Position numbers and translations under genes: made by a program. The notes beneath the pieces are model-generated. The model saw only the letters and a list, made by a program, of their open reading frames with translations. It had not been told where the DNA came from and did no database searches. This document shows, in pieces, positions 1-10,522 of a DNA stretch of 64,000 nucleotides. Position 1 is the first letter of the stretch, and each line of letters begins with the position of its first letter. This DNA comes from Candidatus Gottesmanbacteria bacterium (GTDB taxonomy: Bacteria; Patescibacteriota; Microgenomatia; UBA10105; UBA927): NCBI GenBank assembly GCA_016218255.1, contig JACREN010000037.1, positions 1,514 through 65,513 of the forward strand, written 5' to 3'.

Positions 1-555
1 GTTGCCAAAACTTATCCTCCTGTTACCTCGTATGGTTTTTCAAAACTTATCGGTGAGCAATATTGTCGTGCATTTTGGGATGAACACAAGTTGCCATACA
101 GCATTTGCCGCCCGTTTAACGCATACGGGATTAATGAATTTCCTGGCGATGAAGTGGGGTATGCCCACGTAATTCCTGATTTGGTGAAAAAAATATTGAC
201 AGGTCAATATCCCCTTGAGCTCTTGGGAGATGGATCGCAGATTCGGTGCTTTACCCATATTTCGGATTTAGCAGATGGTATTATTGCCGTCTCAGAAAGC
301 GAAAAGGCAGTGAATGAAGATTTTAATATCGCAGATCCCAGGCCGGTGAGAATGAGCCAGCTGGCACGACTACTATGGAAAGTGAGCGGTCAAACGAAGG
401 CCCTTAAGATTCAATACGTCTCTGGGTTTGAATTTGATATTAAAAAGCGAATACCAGACATTCGGAAGATCAAAAAAATTATCGGGTGGCAGACTAAGGT
501 GCCCCTGGAGACCGGACTTAAAGAAGTTGTTTCATGGCTTAAACATACTGTATGA
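1..555 (+). CDS. NAD-dependent epimerase/dehydratase (SDR family), C-terminal part; 5' end lies outside the window
   Basis: Frame 1 is open from nt 1. It encodes YGFSK (the SDR YxxxK catalytic motif) and a C-terminal substrate-binding region typical of nucleotide-sugar epimerases/dehydratases. The stop overlaps the next start (ATGA). Confidence 0.7.
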   Translation, partial: VAKTYPPVTSYGFSKLIGEQYCRAFWDEHKLPYSICRPFNAYGINEFPGDEVGYAHVIPDLVKKILTGQYPLELLGDGSQIRCFTHISDLADGIIAVSESEKAVNEDFNIADPRPVRMSQLARLLWKVSGQTKALKIQYVSGFEFDIKKRIPDIRKIKKIIGWQTKVPLETGLKEVVSWLKHTV

Positions 556-1841
556 GTACAAAAAAAACAGCTGCCGTTATTGGCATCGGTCGGGTTGGTT
601 TGCCTATGGCGCTGTACTTGGCAGAAGCAGGGCTGACTGTGTACGGTATCGGCAGATCACAGGAAAAAATTGATGATATCGGTGCCGGGAAAATGCCGTT
701 CATGGAGAAAGACGGAGAGAAATTCCTCAAAAAACATGTCAATAAGCGGTTTATACCCACAACAGATTATTCCTTCGTGAGTCATGCCTCTTATATAATC
801 CTAACCCTCGGGACTCCTATTGATGAAAACATGAATCCCGTATATGACCAGATCGATGCGGCTATCACAAGCATCGCTCCGTATCTGAAAAAGGGTCAGA
901 CGATGATACTAAGGAGTACCGTGGCTCCAAAAACGACAGAATACGTGCGTTCTTTGCTTGCGGATCTGCGCGGAATAACGGTCGGAAAGAATTTTTACCT
1001 CGCTTTTTGTCCTGAACGTATTGCGGAAGGGTATGCGTTGGAAGAAATGAAAACACTGCCCCAGATTGTTGGCGGTTCTGACGGGCCAAGCACTCGGAAG
1101 GCAGTGGAGTTTTTTAAGCGGATCGGCGTCCAGACACTTGCCACCGATGCTGTGTCGGCTGAGTTGGCCAAATTATTTACCAATATGTACCGGTATATCA
1201 GTTTTGCCATAGCAAATGAATTTATGGTGATAGCCGGAAATTATCACAGGGATATATATGAGATTGTTCGGTTGGTTAATACCGGGTATAAGCGCGGCGG
1301 ACTCAAGCTTCCGGGTCTTACCAGCGGACCGTGCTTATTCAAAGACGGATTTTTTCTTATTTCTGATCTTCCGTTTGCGGATCTTATTTCTACTAGTTGG
1401 AAAATAAATGAATCGACACCTCTGTTTTTGGTAAAGAAGGTTAAAGAGCGTATTAATTTGAACGGAAAAAAGGTTGCGATACTGGGATTGGCCTTTAAAG
1501 CTGAGATAGATGATATCCGGGAGTCGCTGAGTTTTAAAATCAGAAAAGCGATGCTGCGTGAACGGGCGGTGGTCACTCTGCATGACCCGTTGGTTCAGGA
1601 ATACGCGAATCAAGAAATTACAAGAGACGTCTATGAAGCGGCGAAAGGCGCAAATGTACTTTTTGTTGCGACAAATCATTCCGCATATGGATTGTTGGAT
1701 TTGAAAAAATTGAAAAAGACGGTCGCAAAAAATTGCATCTTTTGTGATGTTTGGAACGTATTCGGTACAAATAAAATCGTTTTTACCATAAATCAACTAT
1801 ATAAAAACGGAACGAAGAGCAATGAAGAAAACGAAAAATAA
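552..1841 (+). CDS. UDP-glucose/GDP-mannose dehydrogenase family protein (likely UDP-glucose 6-dehydrogenase)
   Basis: N-terminal Rossmann motif GIGRVGLPMA. Catalytic-Cys motif GPCLFKD. C-terminal UDP-binding motif LGLAFKAEIDDIRES. Confidence 0.8.
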   Translation: MSTKKTAAVIGIGRVGLPMALYLAEAGLTVYGIGRSQEKIDDIGAGKMPFMEKDGEKFLKKHVNKRFIPTTDYSFVSHASYIILTLGTPIDENMNPVYDQIDAAITSIAPYLKKGQTMILRSTVAPKTTEYVRSLLADLRGITVGKNFYLAFCPERIAEGYALEEMKTLPQIVGGSDGPSTRKAVEFFKRIGVQTLATDAVSAELAKLFTNMYRYISFAIANEFMVIAGNYHRDIYEIVRLVNTGYKRGGLKLPGLTSGPCLFKDGFFLISDLPFADLISTSWKINESTPLFLVKKVKERINLNGKKVAILGLAFKAEIDDIRESLSFKIRKAMLRERAVVTLHDPLVQEYANQEITRDVYEAAKGANVLFVATNHSAYGLLDLKKLKKTVAKNCIFCDVWNVFGTNKIVFTINQLYKNGTKSNEENEK

Positions 1842-3060
1842 AAGACTCCGAATTTTGTTTGCGACATTTTCTCCCTATCGAAACGGAAAGCGCGAATCTA
1901 CCAATGGCAACGTAGAGCCAATGGTGAAGTATTTTGGGCCGCGAGTATCCAATTTTATCCTTTTGGATCAGCCGCATACCGGCAGCGATGAGATAATCCC
2001 GCATGTTGAAGTTTATAAATCGAGAAAACGAAAAAAAGCATATATTTTGAACATGTGGTATCTCCGTCCGCTATATTGGGTATTGGGGCGAATACGAACA
2101 ACTGATGATGATACAAATCTGTTGTTTAAGATACGAGATATTTTGTCTGTTTTAGCGGTGAGAATTCAAGAGGGAGGTTACTTCGATGTATTTATCGGAT
2201 TTGAATCGGTAAACGCTTTGGCAGGAATTATATTGAAAAAAGTTGGTTTGGTAAAAACGGTCGTGTATTATGTGTCAGATTACTCTCCGGTGAGATATCA
2301 AAATTCGATGTTTAATTTTTTTTATGTACTTTTGGACAGAATCTGCTGTTATTGGTCAGATTATATTTGGGATGTATCCAGGGCTATGCATCCCGCGAGA
2401 ATTGAGGCGGGGCTTATTGCAAATAAAAGCGCACCCGTAGTTCATGTACCGAATGGTTTGGAGAAACGATTCATTCGGCATATTTCTGAAAAGCATCGCA
2501 TCCCTCATTCGTTGGTATTTATGGGTACCCTTGGTATTGAGAATGGACCGGATATCGCTGTGGCTTCACTTCCTTTGGTCTTGAAAAAGATTCCAGATGT
2601 TACGCTTCATATTATCGGCAAAGGTGATAAAGATCTTGAACGACTTAAACGCCTGGCCATGCAAGCGAACCTGGAAAATCAAATAATATTTGATGGGTAC
2701 ATTAAAGACACCGATAGAATGTTTGCGACGATTCGTCGGTTTGCATTGGCACTTGCCCCGTACAGAAAAATAAAAAATTCCGTGCGATGGTACGGGGATT
2801 CCCTCAAGCTACGTGCATATACTGCAGCAGGCGTGCCGGTGATTGTGTCGTCTGTGCCTCCGCTAGGCAGAGAACTTGCAGATATCGGCGCGGCCATAGT
2901 TGCAGAGGATTCTGCCGAGGGCTTTGCGCGTGAAATTATCAGAGTATTTAATGACGAAAGAGCTTATAGCGGATTAGTAAAAAGCGCGGTAGAATACGGA
3001 AAACATCAAGCTTGGGAGCGTACGTATTCGCAAGCCATGAAAGAAATGCCTGTGTTATGA
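1822..3060 (+). CDS. glycosyltransferase family 4 (GT-B fold)
   Basis: The C-terminal domain has the GT4-type nucleotide-sugar-binding region (…AYTAAGVPVIVSSVPPLGRE…). Confidence 0.7.
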   Translation: MKKTKNKRLRILFATFSPYRNGKRESTNGNVEPMVKYFGPRVSNFILLDQPHTGSDEIIPHVEVYKSRKRKKAYILNMWYLRPLYWVLGRIRTTDDDTNLLFKIRDILSVLAVRIQEGGYFDVFIGFESVNALAGIILKKVGLVKTVVYYVSDYSPVRYQNSMFNFFYVLLDRICCYWSDYIWDVSRAMHPARIEAGLIANKSAPVVHVPNGLEKRFIRHISEKHRIPHSLVFMGTLGIENGPDIAVASLPLVLKKIPDVTLHIIGKGDKDLERLKRLAMQANLENQIIFDGYIKDTDRMFATIRRFALALAPYRKIKNSVRWYGDSLKLRAYTAAGVPVIVSSVPPLGRELADIGAAIVAEDSAEGFAREIIRVFNDERAYSGLVKSAVEYGKHQAWERTYSQAMKEMPVL

Positions 3061-6000
3061 ACACAATATCAAAGATTTTTTTAGCTGTTGCACTCTTTGC
3101 TGTGGCTTTTTTGCCGTTGACCTGGATCCGTGGTGGAGAAATTCTTTTGGGGTATGATAACGTATTTCCCGTACAGGCAAAAGCATTTCTTTTTGATCGA
3201 CTATTTTCCTGGTCGGAAATTCAGAATTTCGGCATGGATCAGTCGGGTATACAGGGCAGTTTAATCATTCACGCCATTGATGCATTGCCGCAGCTTTTGG
3301 GGGTGCCAGTTGTGTTGGGTCAACGATTTGTATTGATATTTTGGTTTATTTCCATAATTGGTGCGGCGTACGTGTTTGCAATAAAGCTGGAGGCGAGTAA
3401 ATTGATTCGCGTCCCGTACTTTCGGTATTTTTTTCCGCTTCTTTACACAGTTAATTTTTATACTCTTCAGGCGTGGTGGATCGCGGAACGGACGAAATTT
3501 TCCCTCCTAGTGGCAACTCCGCTGATTTTGAGCATATTGCTTCCCTGGCTTAACGAGTCGTTTTCTCTCCGCCGGGTTATTTTGACGGCATTGGCTGCAT
3601 CAGGTATTTTGACATTCTTTAACGGTGGTGGATGGATGGGTTTGTCTCTGTATGGCGGCTTGCTGGTGGCGCTGGGAATTTTTTACGTTCTGAACGTATA
3701 CATTTTGCTGGCGCAGAGAAAATACCGTGATATTTCGTTATTGCACGTCTGGTTTCTGTTGTTTGGCTTATTCTTTATTACCTTTAACGCATATACATTT
3801 CTACCCTTTTTAGCCCGTACGGTAAAAGGCTATCAGACTTTTTTGGCATCTGCGGGAGGGGTAAGTGGAGTGTTAGGCTGGACGTTATATTTGAGCGAAA
3901 ATACCAGCTTTATGCATTTACTGCGTTTGCAAGGGATTCCTGACTGGTACAATAACGGATCATATCACCCGTACGCCAATATTTATTTAGACAGGCCAAT
4001 TTTTGTTATCGGAAGTTTTCTATTTCCTTTATTTGCTCTTATTGGCCTTAAGCGGTATGGGAAGGAATTCGTATCGCTGACAGTATACTTTTTGTTTCTT
4101 GTCGTACTTGGGTTGTTTTTTACCGCGGGTTCCCATCCCCCTCTGGGTTTTATTTTCGAGATTTTGATGCAGAGAATTCCTGGTTTTGTACTATTCCGTT
4201 CACCAATTTATAAATTCGGTTATGTGTACTGGTTTGCGATGAGTTATTTTATAGCACTTGGTCTCTCTGCAATAGTGGCGTTGTTGGTGCAAAATATTAA
4301 AAAGCGATTCAACAATTTTGCCAGTGATTGGTTTGCCGCTGGTCTAACGGTGTTAGTTATGGGCTCAATTCTCGGTTACCATTTCCCGTTTATTACCGGA
4401 GATTTTTTTCGGATGAGCGCTGCATCGTTTTCATCCCGAGTCATAATGCCGTCGCATGTGAGCGATTTTTCTGAATGGTGGGCACATGAAGGCGCTGGCA
4501 AAAGGGTATTGTTGCTACCGAAGCTTAATGATAATTGGTTATTTGAACAATATCGATGGAAATATCTCAGTTTGTATCCGGTTTTAGGAAATTTTGGTAA
4601 TACCGGAATTGTCGAGAATTTGGATAACTTATCGCCTCAAGAGAATCACCTGATCGGTTTATTATACCGTTCGATTGAGAAGCGTCAGTACGACGTCATG
4701 AATATGGTGAGTCATCTGCTGGGAATTCAGTATATGCTTTTGCGGCGCGATTTCTATTATGATTTTCCCGATCAGGAAGCGATACGTCCGGAGTCCATAA
4801 ACGAGATACTCAAAGAAAATGGGCATGTATCGCTAATCAGATCGTTTGGTCCGTGGGATCTTTGGGGGTATTCAGACGCGCGTTCGGTGCTGCAGTCTGT
4901 TGCTGTTTCTGAGGCCGCATTCTCTGACGTCAATCGGGCGATTTCAGTTGGTGATGTTCTCCCGTTTTCATTATATCTAGGGGATGAATCATATGGACTA
5001 TCTACTCACGATTCGGGAAATCAGGTTGATGTTTATGCAACTTGCCTAAGTTGTGTAGCGGAGCGAGAACGGGTATCAGTGCAGTTTCCTGCTGCAAGAG
5101 TATTACCTGATTCACCCCTCTATCCGCTGGTTGAATGGAAAAACAGTATGCTCAGGGTGAAAAAAATAGGTGAGCCGTATCTCTACAGTCTCCTCGGTGA
5201 GGGTCTAAAAAAAACTACGGAGTTAACTGTGTTAATCAATCGTGGGCAGTCCGTATTTCTTCAACAGGTTGCACAGGCTTATGTAGCTATACTTGATGAA
5301 CTCATTACAAAATTTGACAGTGCGATTCTGGAATCACAGAATCCGTATGTGTTGTCAAGCGCGGTGAATGAGTATATCGGAGCTCAGCTCTCTCTGTTGT
5401 CACCTTATCTTTTTTCGACAAAGAAGGAAGATATCCAATCTGTTCAGGAGGTGTTGGGGAAATTGAGTGAGTTGAGAGAAATGGCAATGGGTTATTATAG
5501 CAGTAAAGATTTTGGGAAAAGAAAATTGTTCAGTCCAAATATCAGCAGTCCCGGCATGTATACAGTGGCAATCCGTAACCAAGATGCGCGCCCGAAAGAG
5601 ATACGGGTAGATGGTACAGTCGTCAACTCACCAGTTTATCTAGACGAGGGGAAACACATAGTCGAAGCAGTTTATGCTGAACCGGGTAGTCATCTTACGG
5701 CGTTTCAGTCCGCTGAAATTGCCGGAAATCAATGTTTTGCCTCTGAGACAACGGAATATGATAGAGATTCTCATTACCGTCTGCGATTTGATACGCTTAA
5801 AAATTTGGGAAAGCGGTTTTTCTTTTTTATTGACGTCGGAGATTCTTTCTCTCCTGTTGTATCGTTTCAGATAAGTGATGTAACAAACGAAACCGGAGGA
5901 TTTGACACGGTGTTTTCTTCTGGAGTGTTTAACTCACTCGTGAATGTAAAAAAGTTGCGTTTGGCATTTTGCGCACCGTTATTAACCAAGGAATTATTTG

Positions 6001-6422
6001 ATGAAACAGTAAGGAATTTTTCTTTTATTCGACTTACAGACCCCCTGGTTCGATTGGAGAAAAGCCGGACTGCCTCGTTTACTGATGAAAGGCCTACGGT
6101 GTCATTTCAGAAGAATGATCCTACATCATACTCCGTTACTATTCAGCAGGCGAGCAGCCCATATTTTTTGGTTCTGAATAACCGTTTTGACCGCGGTTGG
6201 AAAGTGCGTATGGCCGGATCAACGGAAGAAGTAGCTGAAGATAATCATGTGCTGGCCAACGGTATCAGTAACGCATGGCTGATAGAGCGGACGGGATCCT
6301 ATCAAATGACCGTTCAGTATGTCCCTCAGCAGTTTTTTTATCGGGGTATATGGATAAGCATACTATCAACGATATCAGGTGTATGTATATTTATTGCGCT
6401 TCGAAAGAGGAAACCCATATGA
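3057..6422 (+). CDS. very large polytopic membrane protein (~1121 aa): ~470-aa multi-helix N-terminal domain plus ~650-aa extracytoplasmic C-terminal domain; function unknown, possibly a GT-C-like transferase or polymerase
   Basis: Many hydrophobic segments followed by a long hydrophilic C-terminus. The start overlaps the upstream stop (ATGA) at 3057. Its N-terminal loop motifs resemble those of the 6786-8351 product. Confidence 0.6.
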   Translation: MNTISKIFLAVALFAVAFLPLTWIRGGEILLGYDNVFPVQAKAFLFDRLFSWSEIQNFGMDQSGIQGSLIIHAIDALPQLLGVPVVLGQRFVLIFWFISIIGAAYVFAIKLEASKLIRVPYFRYFFPLLYTVNFYTLQAWWIAERTKFSLLVATPLILSILLPWLNESFSLRRVILTALAASGILTFFNGGGWMGLSLYGGLLVALGIFYVLNVYILLAQRKYRDISLLHVWFLLFGLFFITFNAYTFLPFLARTVKGYQTFLASAGGVSGVLGWTLYLSENTSFMHLLRLQGIPDWYNNGSYHPYANIYLDRPIFVIGSFLFPLFALIGLKRYGKEFVSLTVYFLFLVVLGLFFTAGSHPPLGFIFEILMQRIPGFVLFRSPIYKFGYVYWFAMSYFIALGLSAIVALLVQNIKKRFNNFASDWFAAGLTVLVMGSILGYHFPFITGDFFRMSAASFSSRVIMPSHVSDFSEWWAHEGAGKRVLLLPKLNDNWLFEQYRWKYLSLYPVLGNFGNTGIVENLDNLSPQENHLIGLLYRSIEKRQYDVMNMVSHLLGIQYMLLRRDFYYDFPDQEAIRPESINEILKENGHVSLIRSFGPWDLWGYSDARSVLQSVAVSEAAFSDVNRAISVGDVLPFSLYLGDESYGLSTHDSGNQVDVYATCLSCVAERERVSVQFPAARVLPDSPLYPLVEWKNSMLRVKKIGEPYLYSLLGEGLKKTTELTVLINRGQSVFLQQVAQAYVAILDELITKFDSAILESQNPYVLSSAVNEYIGAQLSLLSPYLFSTKKEDIQSVQEVLGKLSELREMAMGYYSSKDFGKRKLFSPNISSPGMYTVAIRNQDARPKEIRVDGTVVNSPVYLDEGKHIVEAVYAEPGSHLTAFQSAEIAGNQCFASETTEYDRDSHYRLRFDTLKNLGKRFFFFIDVGDSFSPVVSFQISDVTNETGGFDTVFSSGVFNSLVNVKKLRLAFCAPLLTKELFDETVRNFSFIRLTDPLVRLEKSRTASFTDERPTVSFQKNDPTSYSVTIQQASSPYFLVLNNRFDRGWKVRMAGSTEEVAEDNHVLANGISNAWLIERTGSYQMTVQYVPQQFFYRGIWISILSTISGVCIFIALRKRKPI

Positions 6423-6796
6423 ACATTTTTGTCCGAATATCTCAAAGATTGCTTTTAAGGATCGGGCAGAACGCGCCGAGAATTCTCGTTATGTCGCTGC
6501 TGTTTTCTGTTTTGACATTCGCTTCCATTGCAGTGCCGTATATAAATATTTTTCTTTCCCCAAAAATCATTCTAGCAGTGGTATTTGTGTGCTGGTATAT
6601 GCTTTTTTGCCCTCCTGCCCGATTGCTGGAAAATCTTTCGATCGGAGTAGTATTGTGCGCAATGACCGTCACGGTATTTCGTTTTTGGGAAATCGCTGAG
6701 TGGTTTGGGGAGTTTTTATTTATGCTGCTCTTTCTTATTGCGCTCCGTTATTTAGGCATGTTTATTTCTCGATTGCGGTATTCACATGAAGCGTAG
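6419..6796 (+). CDS. small 4-helix membrane protein (125 aa), hypothetical (a GtrA-like role is speculative)
   Basis: Internal ATG at 6419 overlaps the upstream stop (ATGA). Four hydrophobic helices. It is wedged between the two large membrane-protein genes. Confidence 0.4.
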   Translation: MNIFVRISQRLLLRIGQNAPRILVMSLLFSVLTFASIAVPYINIFLSPKIILAVVFVCWYMLFCPPARLLENLSIGVVLCAMTVTVFRFWEIAEWFGEFLFMLLFLIALRYLGMFISRLRYSHEA

Positions 6797-8351
6797 TTTT
6801 TTCTTTTCGGTTTTATTCATTATCATTGTGTATCGACCGTGGTTTGCTTTCAACCGTGCGCTTTCAGGAGGAGATTGGCCGTATGTATACCGTCAAAGCG
6901 CTGAATCCTTTCCTCTATTGGCCGGGAAAGGGTATCTTTGGTTGGACACCTATTTCAATATTGCTGCAAAATTCGGTATGCAATATTTCGGACTGTCCTG
7001 GGAATTGACAGAAAAGATTTTTTGGTTTTTCCCCTTTTTATTGATAGTTTTAGTAAGCTCCTGGTATTTCTTGAATGAGGTATTTTTGTCAGAGCGTCGA
7101 GATATCCGCGCTGTGTTGTGCGGCATTGGGAGTATAGTATACTCTACTAATTCATACATTCTCATGATCGCTGGTGGTGGGCAAATGGGTGTAGCTATGG
7201 GATATGCACTAGCCCCTGCTGTGATCGGTGCATTACGTCGTCGTTCCTCTGTGGTTTCTGTTGGATTATCCGCTCTACAGTTAATGTTTGATCCGCGTCT
7301 GTTTATAATTACCATTATCGGATATACCGGAATAGAAGTTATTTATTCCTCTGTTGGGCACGGTCAACTGAAGCGATCAGCGACTCTTTTGCTTATCGTG
7401 GTGTTTTTTACTGTGTTGCTTAACGCCTTTTGGATAGTCCCAAATTTTTTTGACTATCGTGGTATGTATGAAGGTGCTACGCAAGGAGATACACTGTCAT
7501 ATTTCAGTTTCGCTACATTTTCTAACAGCCTCGCTCTGCTTCACCCGAATTGGCCCGAAAATATATTCGGTAAAGTGGGATTTATGAGACCGGAATATAT
7601 TTTTGTTGCGGTTGTGGCATATTCAGGGATCGCATTATTGCGGAAGGGGAGACATGGTGCTCTGATCGCAGCTTTCGCGGCAATTGCTTTAGCTGGTGCA
7701 TTTTTGTCAAAAGGGGTACAGGACCCTGCTGGAAGTATATACCGTTTCCTCGCGAAGATCCCGGGGTTTATGGTATTCAGAGACCCGACAAAATTTTATC
7801 TTCTTACCGCCCTTTCCTACTCGGTGCTTATACCATATAGCGTTTCGAACGTTTTTCGAAAAATATGGCCGGTTACTGCTATTCTATTTCTGTTTTTTTG
7901 GAGTGTGTTAAGTTTTCCGGCCCTTCGAGGTGATTTAGGTGGCACATTTGCCCCAAAGTTAGTGCCTGCTTCGTACACACGCCTTTATGATTGGCTAGTG
8001 GCCCGACGTAATGCTTCACATATATTATGGATTCCCAAGCATCAGAGATTTGGCTATGCAACATTGACACAAAAAGCGATAAGTAGTCAGGATGAAATAG
8101 CAGATGTGTCTCCGAACGAATTTGCCGATATTCTAAATAGCGCAGAAGGGAAGAAAATGATCACAGAAAGGGGCATCGGATTATTTATTATACCCGCAGA
8201 TTCAGAGAAAGAGATTTTTTTGACAGACCGTTCATATGACGATGCGAAGCGTAAAGCGTGGATATCTGCGATCGATACGGTGAATTGGGTAGAGAAAATA
8301 ACTATTCCCGGTGTCGCGGATTCGATTACGGTTTATAACGTGGTATACTAA
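6786..8351 (+). CDS. polytopic membrane protein (521 aa), likely a paralog of the N-terminal domain of the 3057-6422 product
   Basis: At least 10 hydrophobic helices. The first loop (SGGDW…KFGMQYFG) resembles GGE…NFGMDQSG in the upstream giant protein. Confidence 0.6.
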   Translation: MKRSFFFSVLFIIIVYRPWFAFNRALSGGDWPYVYRQSAESFPLLAGKGYLWLDTYFNIAAKFGMQYFGLSWELTEKIFWFFPFLLIVLVSSWYFLNEVFLSERRDIRAVLCGIGSIVYSTNSYILMIAGGGQMGVAMGYALAPAVIGALRRRSSVVSVGLSALQLMFDPRLFIITIIGYTGIEVIYSSVGHGQLKRSATLLLIVVFFTVLLNAFWIVPNFFDYRGMYEGATQGDTLSYFSFATFSNSLALLHPNWPENIFGKVGFMRPEYIFVAVVAYSGIALLRKGRHGALIAAFAAIALAGAFLSKGVQDPAGSIYRFLAKIPGFMVFRDPTKFYLLTALSYSVLIPYSVSNVFRKIWPVTAILFLFFWSVLSFPALRGDLGGTFAPKLVPASYTRLYDWLVARRNASHILWIPKHQRFGYATLTQKAISSQDEIADVSPNEFADILNSAEGKKMITERGIGLFIIPADSEKEIFLTDRSYDDAKRKAWISAIDTVNWVEKITIPGVADSITVYNVVY

Positions 8352-8356
8352 TTTTT

Positions 8357-9304
8357 ATGTCAGATCCAAAGACATGTCTAGTAACTGGGGGTGCTGGTTT
8401 TATCGGATCTCATCTTTGCGATTCTTTATTGTCGGCGGGATACAAGGTGTTTTGTGTTGACAATCTACTAACGGGTCAAGAAAGTAATCTAGATGATGCA
8501 AAAAAATTTCCTCTCTTTACGTTTATTCGGTACGATGTAATTAAGGAGCTTCCGATTCTAGGAACCTTGGATTATATTTTCCATTTAGCTTCGCCAGCTT
8601 CGGTAGTGGATTATCAGCGATTTGCGGAAGAAACGGCTCTTGTGAATTCTATAGGTACGAGAAATTTGTTAACTGTGGCAAAAGCACATAAGGCAAGATT
8701 TTTGTTCGCCTCGACGTCAGAAGTTTATGGCGATCCGAAAGAACATCCGCAGAGAGAAACCTATTGGGGTAACGTAAACCCTAACGGTGTACGCGCGTGC
8801 TATGATGAAGCAAAGAGATATGGGGAGATGATGGTGAAGCTCTATTATCGTAAGCATGGAGTAGACGGAAGGATTGTCCGGATTTTTAATACCTACGGAC
8901 CACGCATGAAAGAAACCGACGGCAGGGTGGTTTCTAATTTTATAACCCAAGCACTTGCTGGTAAACCGCTGACAATTTACGGTGACGGTAAGCAAACCCG
9001 TTCCTTTTGTTACGTTTCCGATCTTGTTGATGGTATTATGCGTGCAATGTTCCGGGACGGACTTTCGGGGGAAGTTTTCAATATAGGAAATCCTCATGAA
9101 TTTACCATGCTGGATTTGGCTAATAAAATACAAGGAATGGTCGGTTCTGCCTCTCCCATTGAACATGGAAAGTTGCCTGAAGATGATCCTGTGCAGAGGC
9201 AACCGGATACATCAAAAGTTGAAAAAATGTTGGCATGGAATGCCAAAGTGTCAATCGACGAAGGCTTGAAAAAAACCATCGAGTTTTATAAAAATCTTCC
9301 ATGA
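8357..9304 (+). CDS. UDP-glucuronate decarboxylase (UDP-xylose synthase)
   Basis: GGAGFIGSH Rossmann motif. ASTSEVYGDPKEHPQRETYWGNVNPNGVRACYDEAKR is a near-consensus UXS/ArnA-decarboxylase signature. Confidence 0.8.
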   Translation: MSDPKTCLVTGGAGFIGSHLCDSLLSAGYKVFCVDNLLTGQESNLDDAKKFPLFTFIRYDVIKELPILGTLDYIFHLASPASVVDYQRFAEETALVNSIGTRNLLTVAKAHKARFLFASTSEVYGDPKEHPQRETYWGNVNPNGVRACYDEAKRYGEMMVKLYYRKHGVDGRIVRIFNTYGPRMKETDGRVVSNFITQALAGKPLTIYGDGKQTRSFCYVSDLVDGIMRAMFRDGLSGEVFNIGNPHEFTMLDLANKIQGMVGSASPIEHGKLPEDDPVQRQPDTSKVEKMLAWNAKVSIDEGLKKTIEFYKNLP

Positions 9305-9522
9305 AGGTCCAGGATATTCTGTTTATTGTGGCTTTAGTATTGTTGTTGATGAGCCGCCGTCCCATCTGGTATGTTTGGGCTGGCTTGGTAAGTTTGATTT
9401 TGGCGATACCGCTGTTTTCTGGATGGATTTTTTTTACCGCAGAACGCCTGACGTGGTACGCAGCCGGTTTTTTTGCTGTTTATCTTCTGTTTTTCTTTCA
9501 TAGTCTTCATAAGGTACAATAG
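9301..9522 (+). CDS. small membrane protein (73 aa), hypothetical
   Basis: ATGA overlap with the uxs-like gene. Three hydrophobic segments. Confidence 0.4.
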   Translation: MKVQDILFIVALVLLLMSRRPIWYVWAGLVSLILAIPLFSGWIFFTAERLTWYAAGFFAVYLLFFFHSLHKVQ

Positions 9523-9526
9523 ACAA

Positions 9527-10522
9527 ATGAACATTCTCATAACCGGCGGAGCCGGATATATCGGTAGTCATATGGCCCGGATGCTATCCAAATACGATCA
9601 CTCAGTTGAAGTCATTGACTCCATGGAAAATGGTCATAGATCGGCTTTACCGGTGAAGGTCGTTATTACAGTAGCAAATATATCTGATAAAAAGGCTTTG
9701 GATACTATATTTTCCGCCACTCCGATTGATGCGGTTATACATTTTGCGGGATATATAAACGTTGAGGAATCAGTGCGTGATCCATACAAATATTTTTCTA
9801 ACAATGTTTTGAACTCTATGAATTTACTTGAGGTGATGGAAGCCCATGGGGTGAATAAGATAATCTTTTCATCCACGGCTGCGATATATGGTACGCCGCA
9901 AACAGAAAAACTAGCTGAGAATCATTCTAAGTTGCCAACGAGTCCATATGGGTTATCAAAGTGGAATTTTGAAGAATTGTTGCGGTATTTTGATCAAAAA
10001 GGAACTATACGGTCCATCAGTTTACGGTATTTTAATGCCGCAGGAGCAAGTTTAGACGGAGAGAATGGTGAGGATCATGCGCCGGAATCACACATTATTC
10101 CGTTGGCACTGAAGACCGCTTCTGGAAAACAGAAAGAGTTCTATCTATTCGGTACACAATATCCGACTCGAGACGGATCGTGTATACGAGATTATATCCA
10201 TGTTGAAGATTTGTGTAGAGCACACTTGCTTATGCTGGAAGCACTTGCGGCTGGTCATGGTACCGACGCATATAACGTTGGCACTGGTGATGGTGTTTCC
10301 AACAGGGAAGTAGTCGGAGTTGTTAAGAAGGTGACAGGTGTTGATTTTTCGGTTGTAGAGAGCGATCCAAGGCCGGGAGACCCTCACACGCTGGTAGCCG
10401 ACGTCACGAGACTTCAGAGCGAATTTGGCTGGAAGCCGATCCATTCGGATATAAAATCGATTGTGGAAAGCGCATGGAAGTGGACATCTGGGCATCCCAA
10501 TGGTTATGAAGATAGGCATTGA
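9527..10522 (+). CDS. UDP-hexose/pentose 4-epimerase (GalE family)
   Basis: ITGGAGYIGSH, SSTAAIYG and YGLSK motifs. Its length and architecture match GalE. Confidence 0.8.
   Translation: MNILITGGAGYIGSHMARMLSKYDHSVEVIDSMENGHRSALPVKVVITVANISDKKALDTIFSATPIDAVIHFAGYINVEESVRDPYKYFSNNVLNSMNLLEVMEAHGVNKIIFSSTAAIYGTPQTEKLAENHSKLPTSPYGLSKWNFEELLRYFDQKGTIRSISLRYFNAAGASLDGENGEDHAPESHIIPLALKTASGKQKEFYLFGTQYPTRDGSCIRDYIHVEDLCRAHLLMLEALAAGHGTDAYNVGTGDGVSNREVVGVVKKVTGVDFSVVESDPRPGDPHTLVADVTRLQSEFGWKPIHSDIKSIVESAWKWTSGHPNGYEDRH

Noticed and set aside
8717-9365. Cluster of minus-strand ORFs (161, 61 and 81 aa) across the uxs-like gene
   Set aside because: Antisense to a strongly supported UXS coding sequence.
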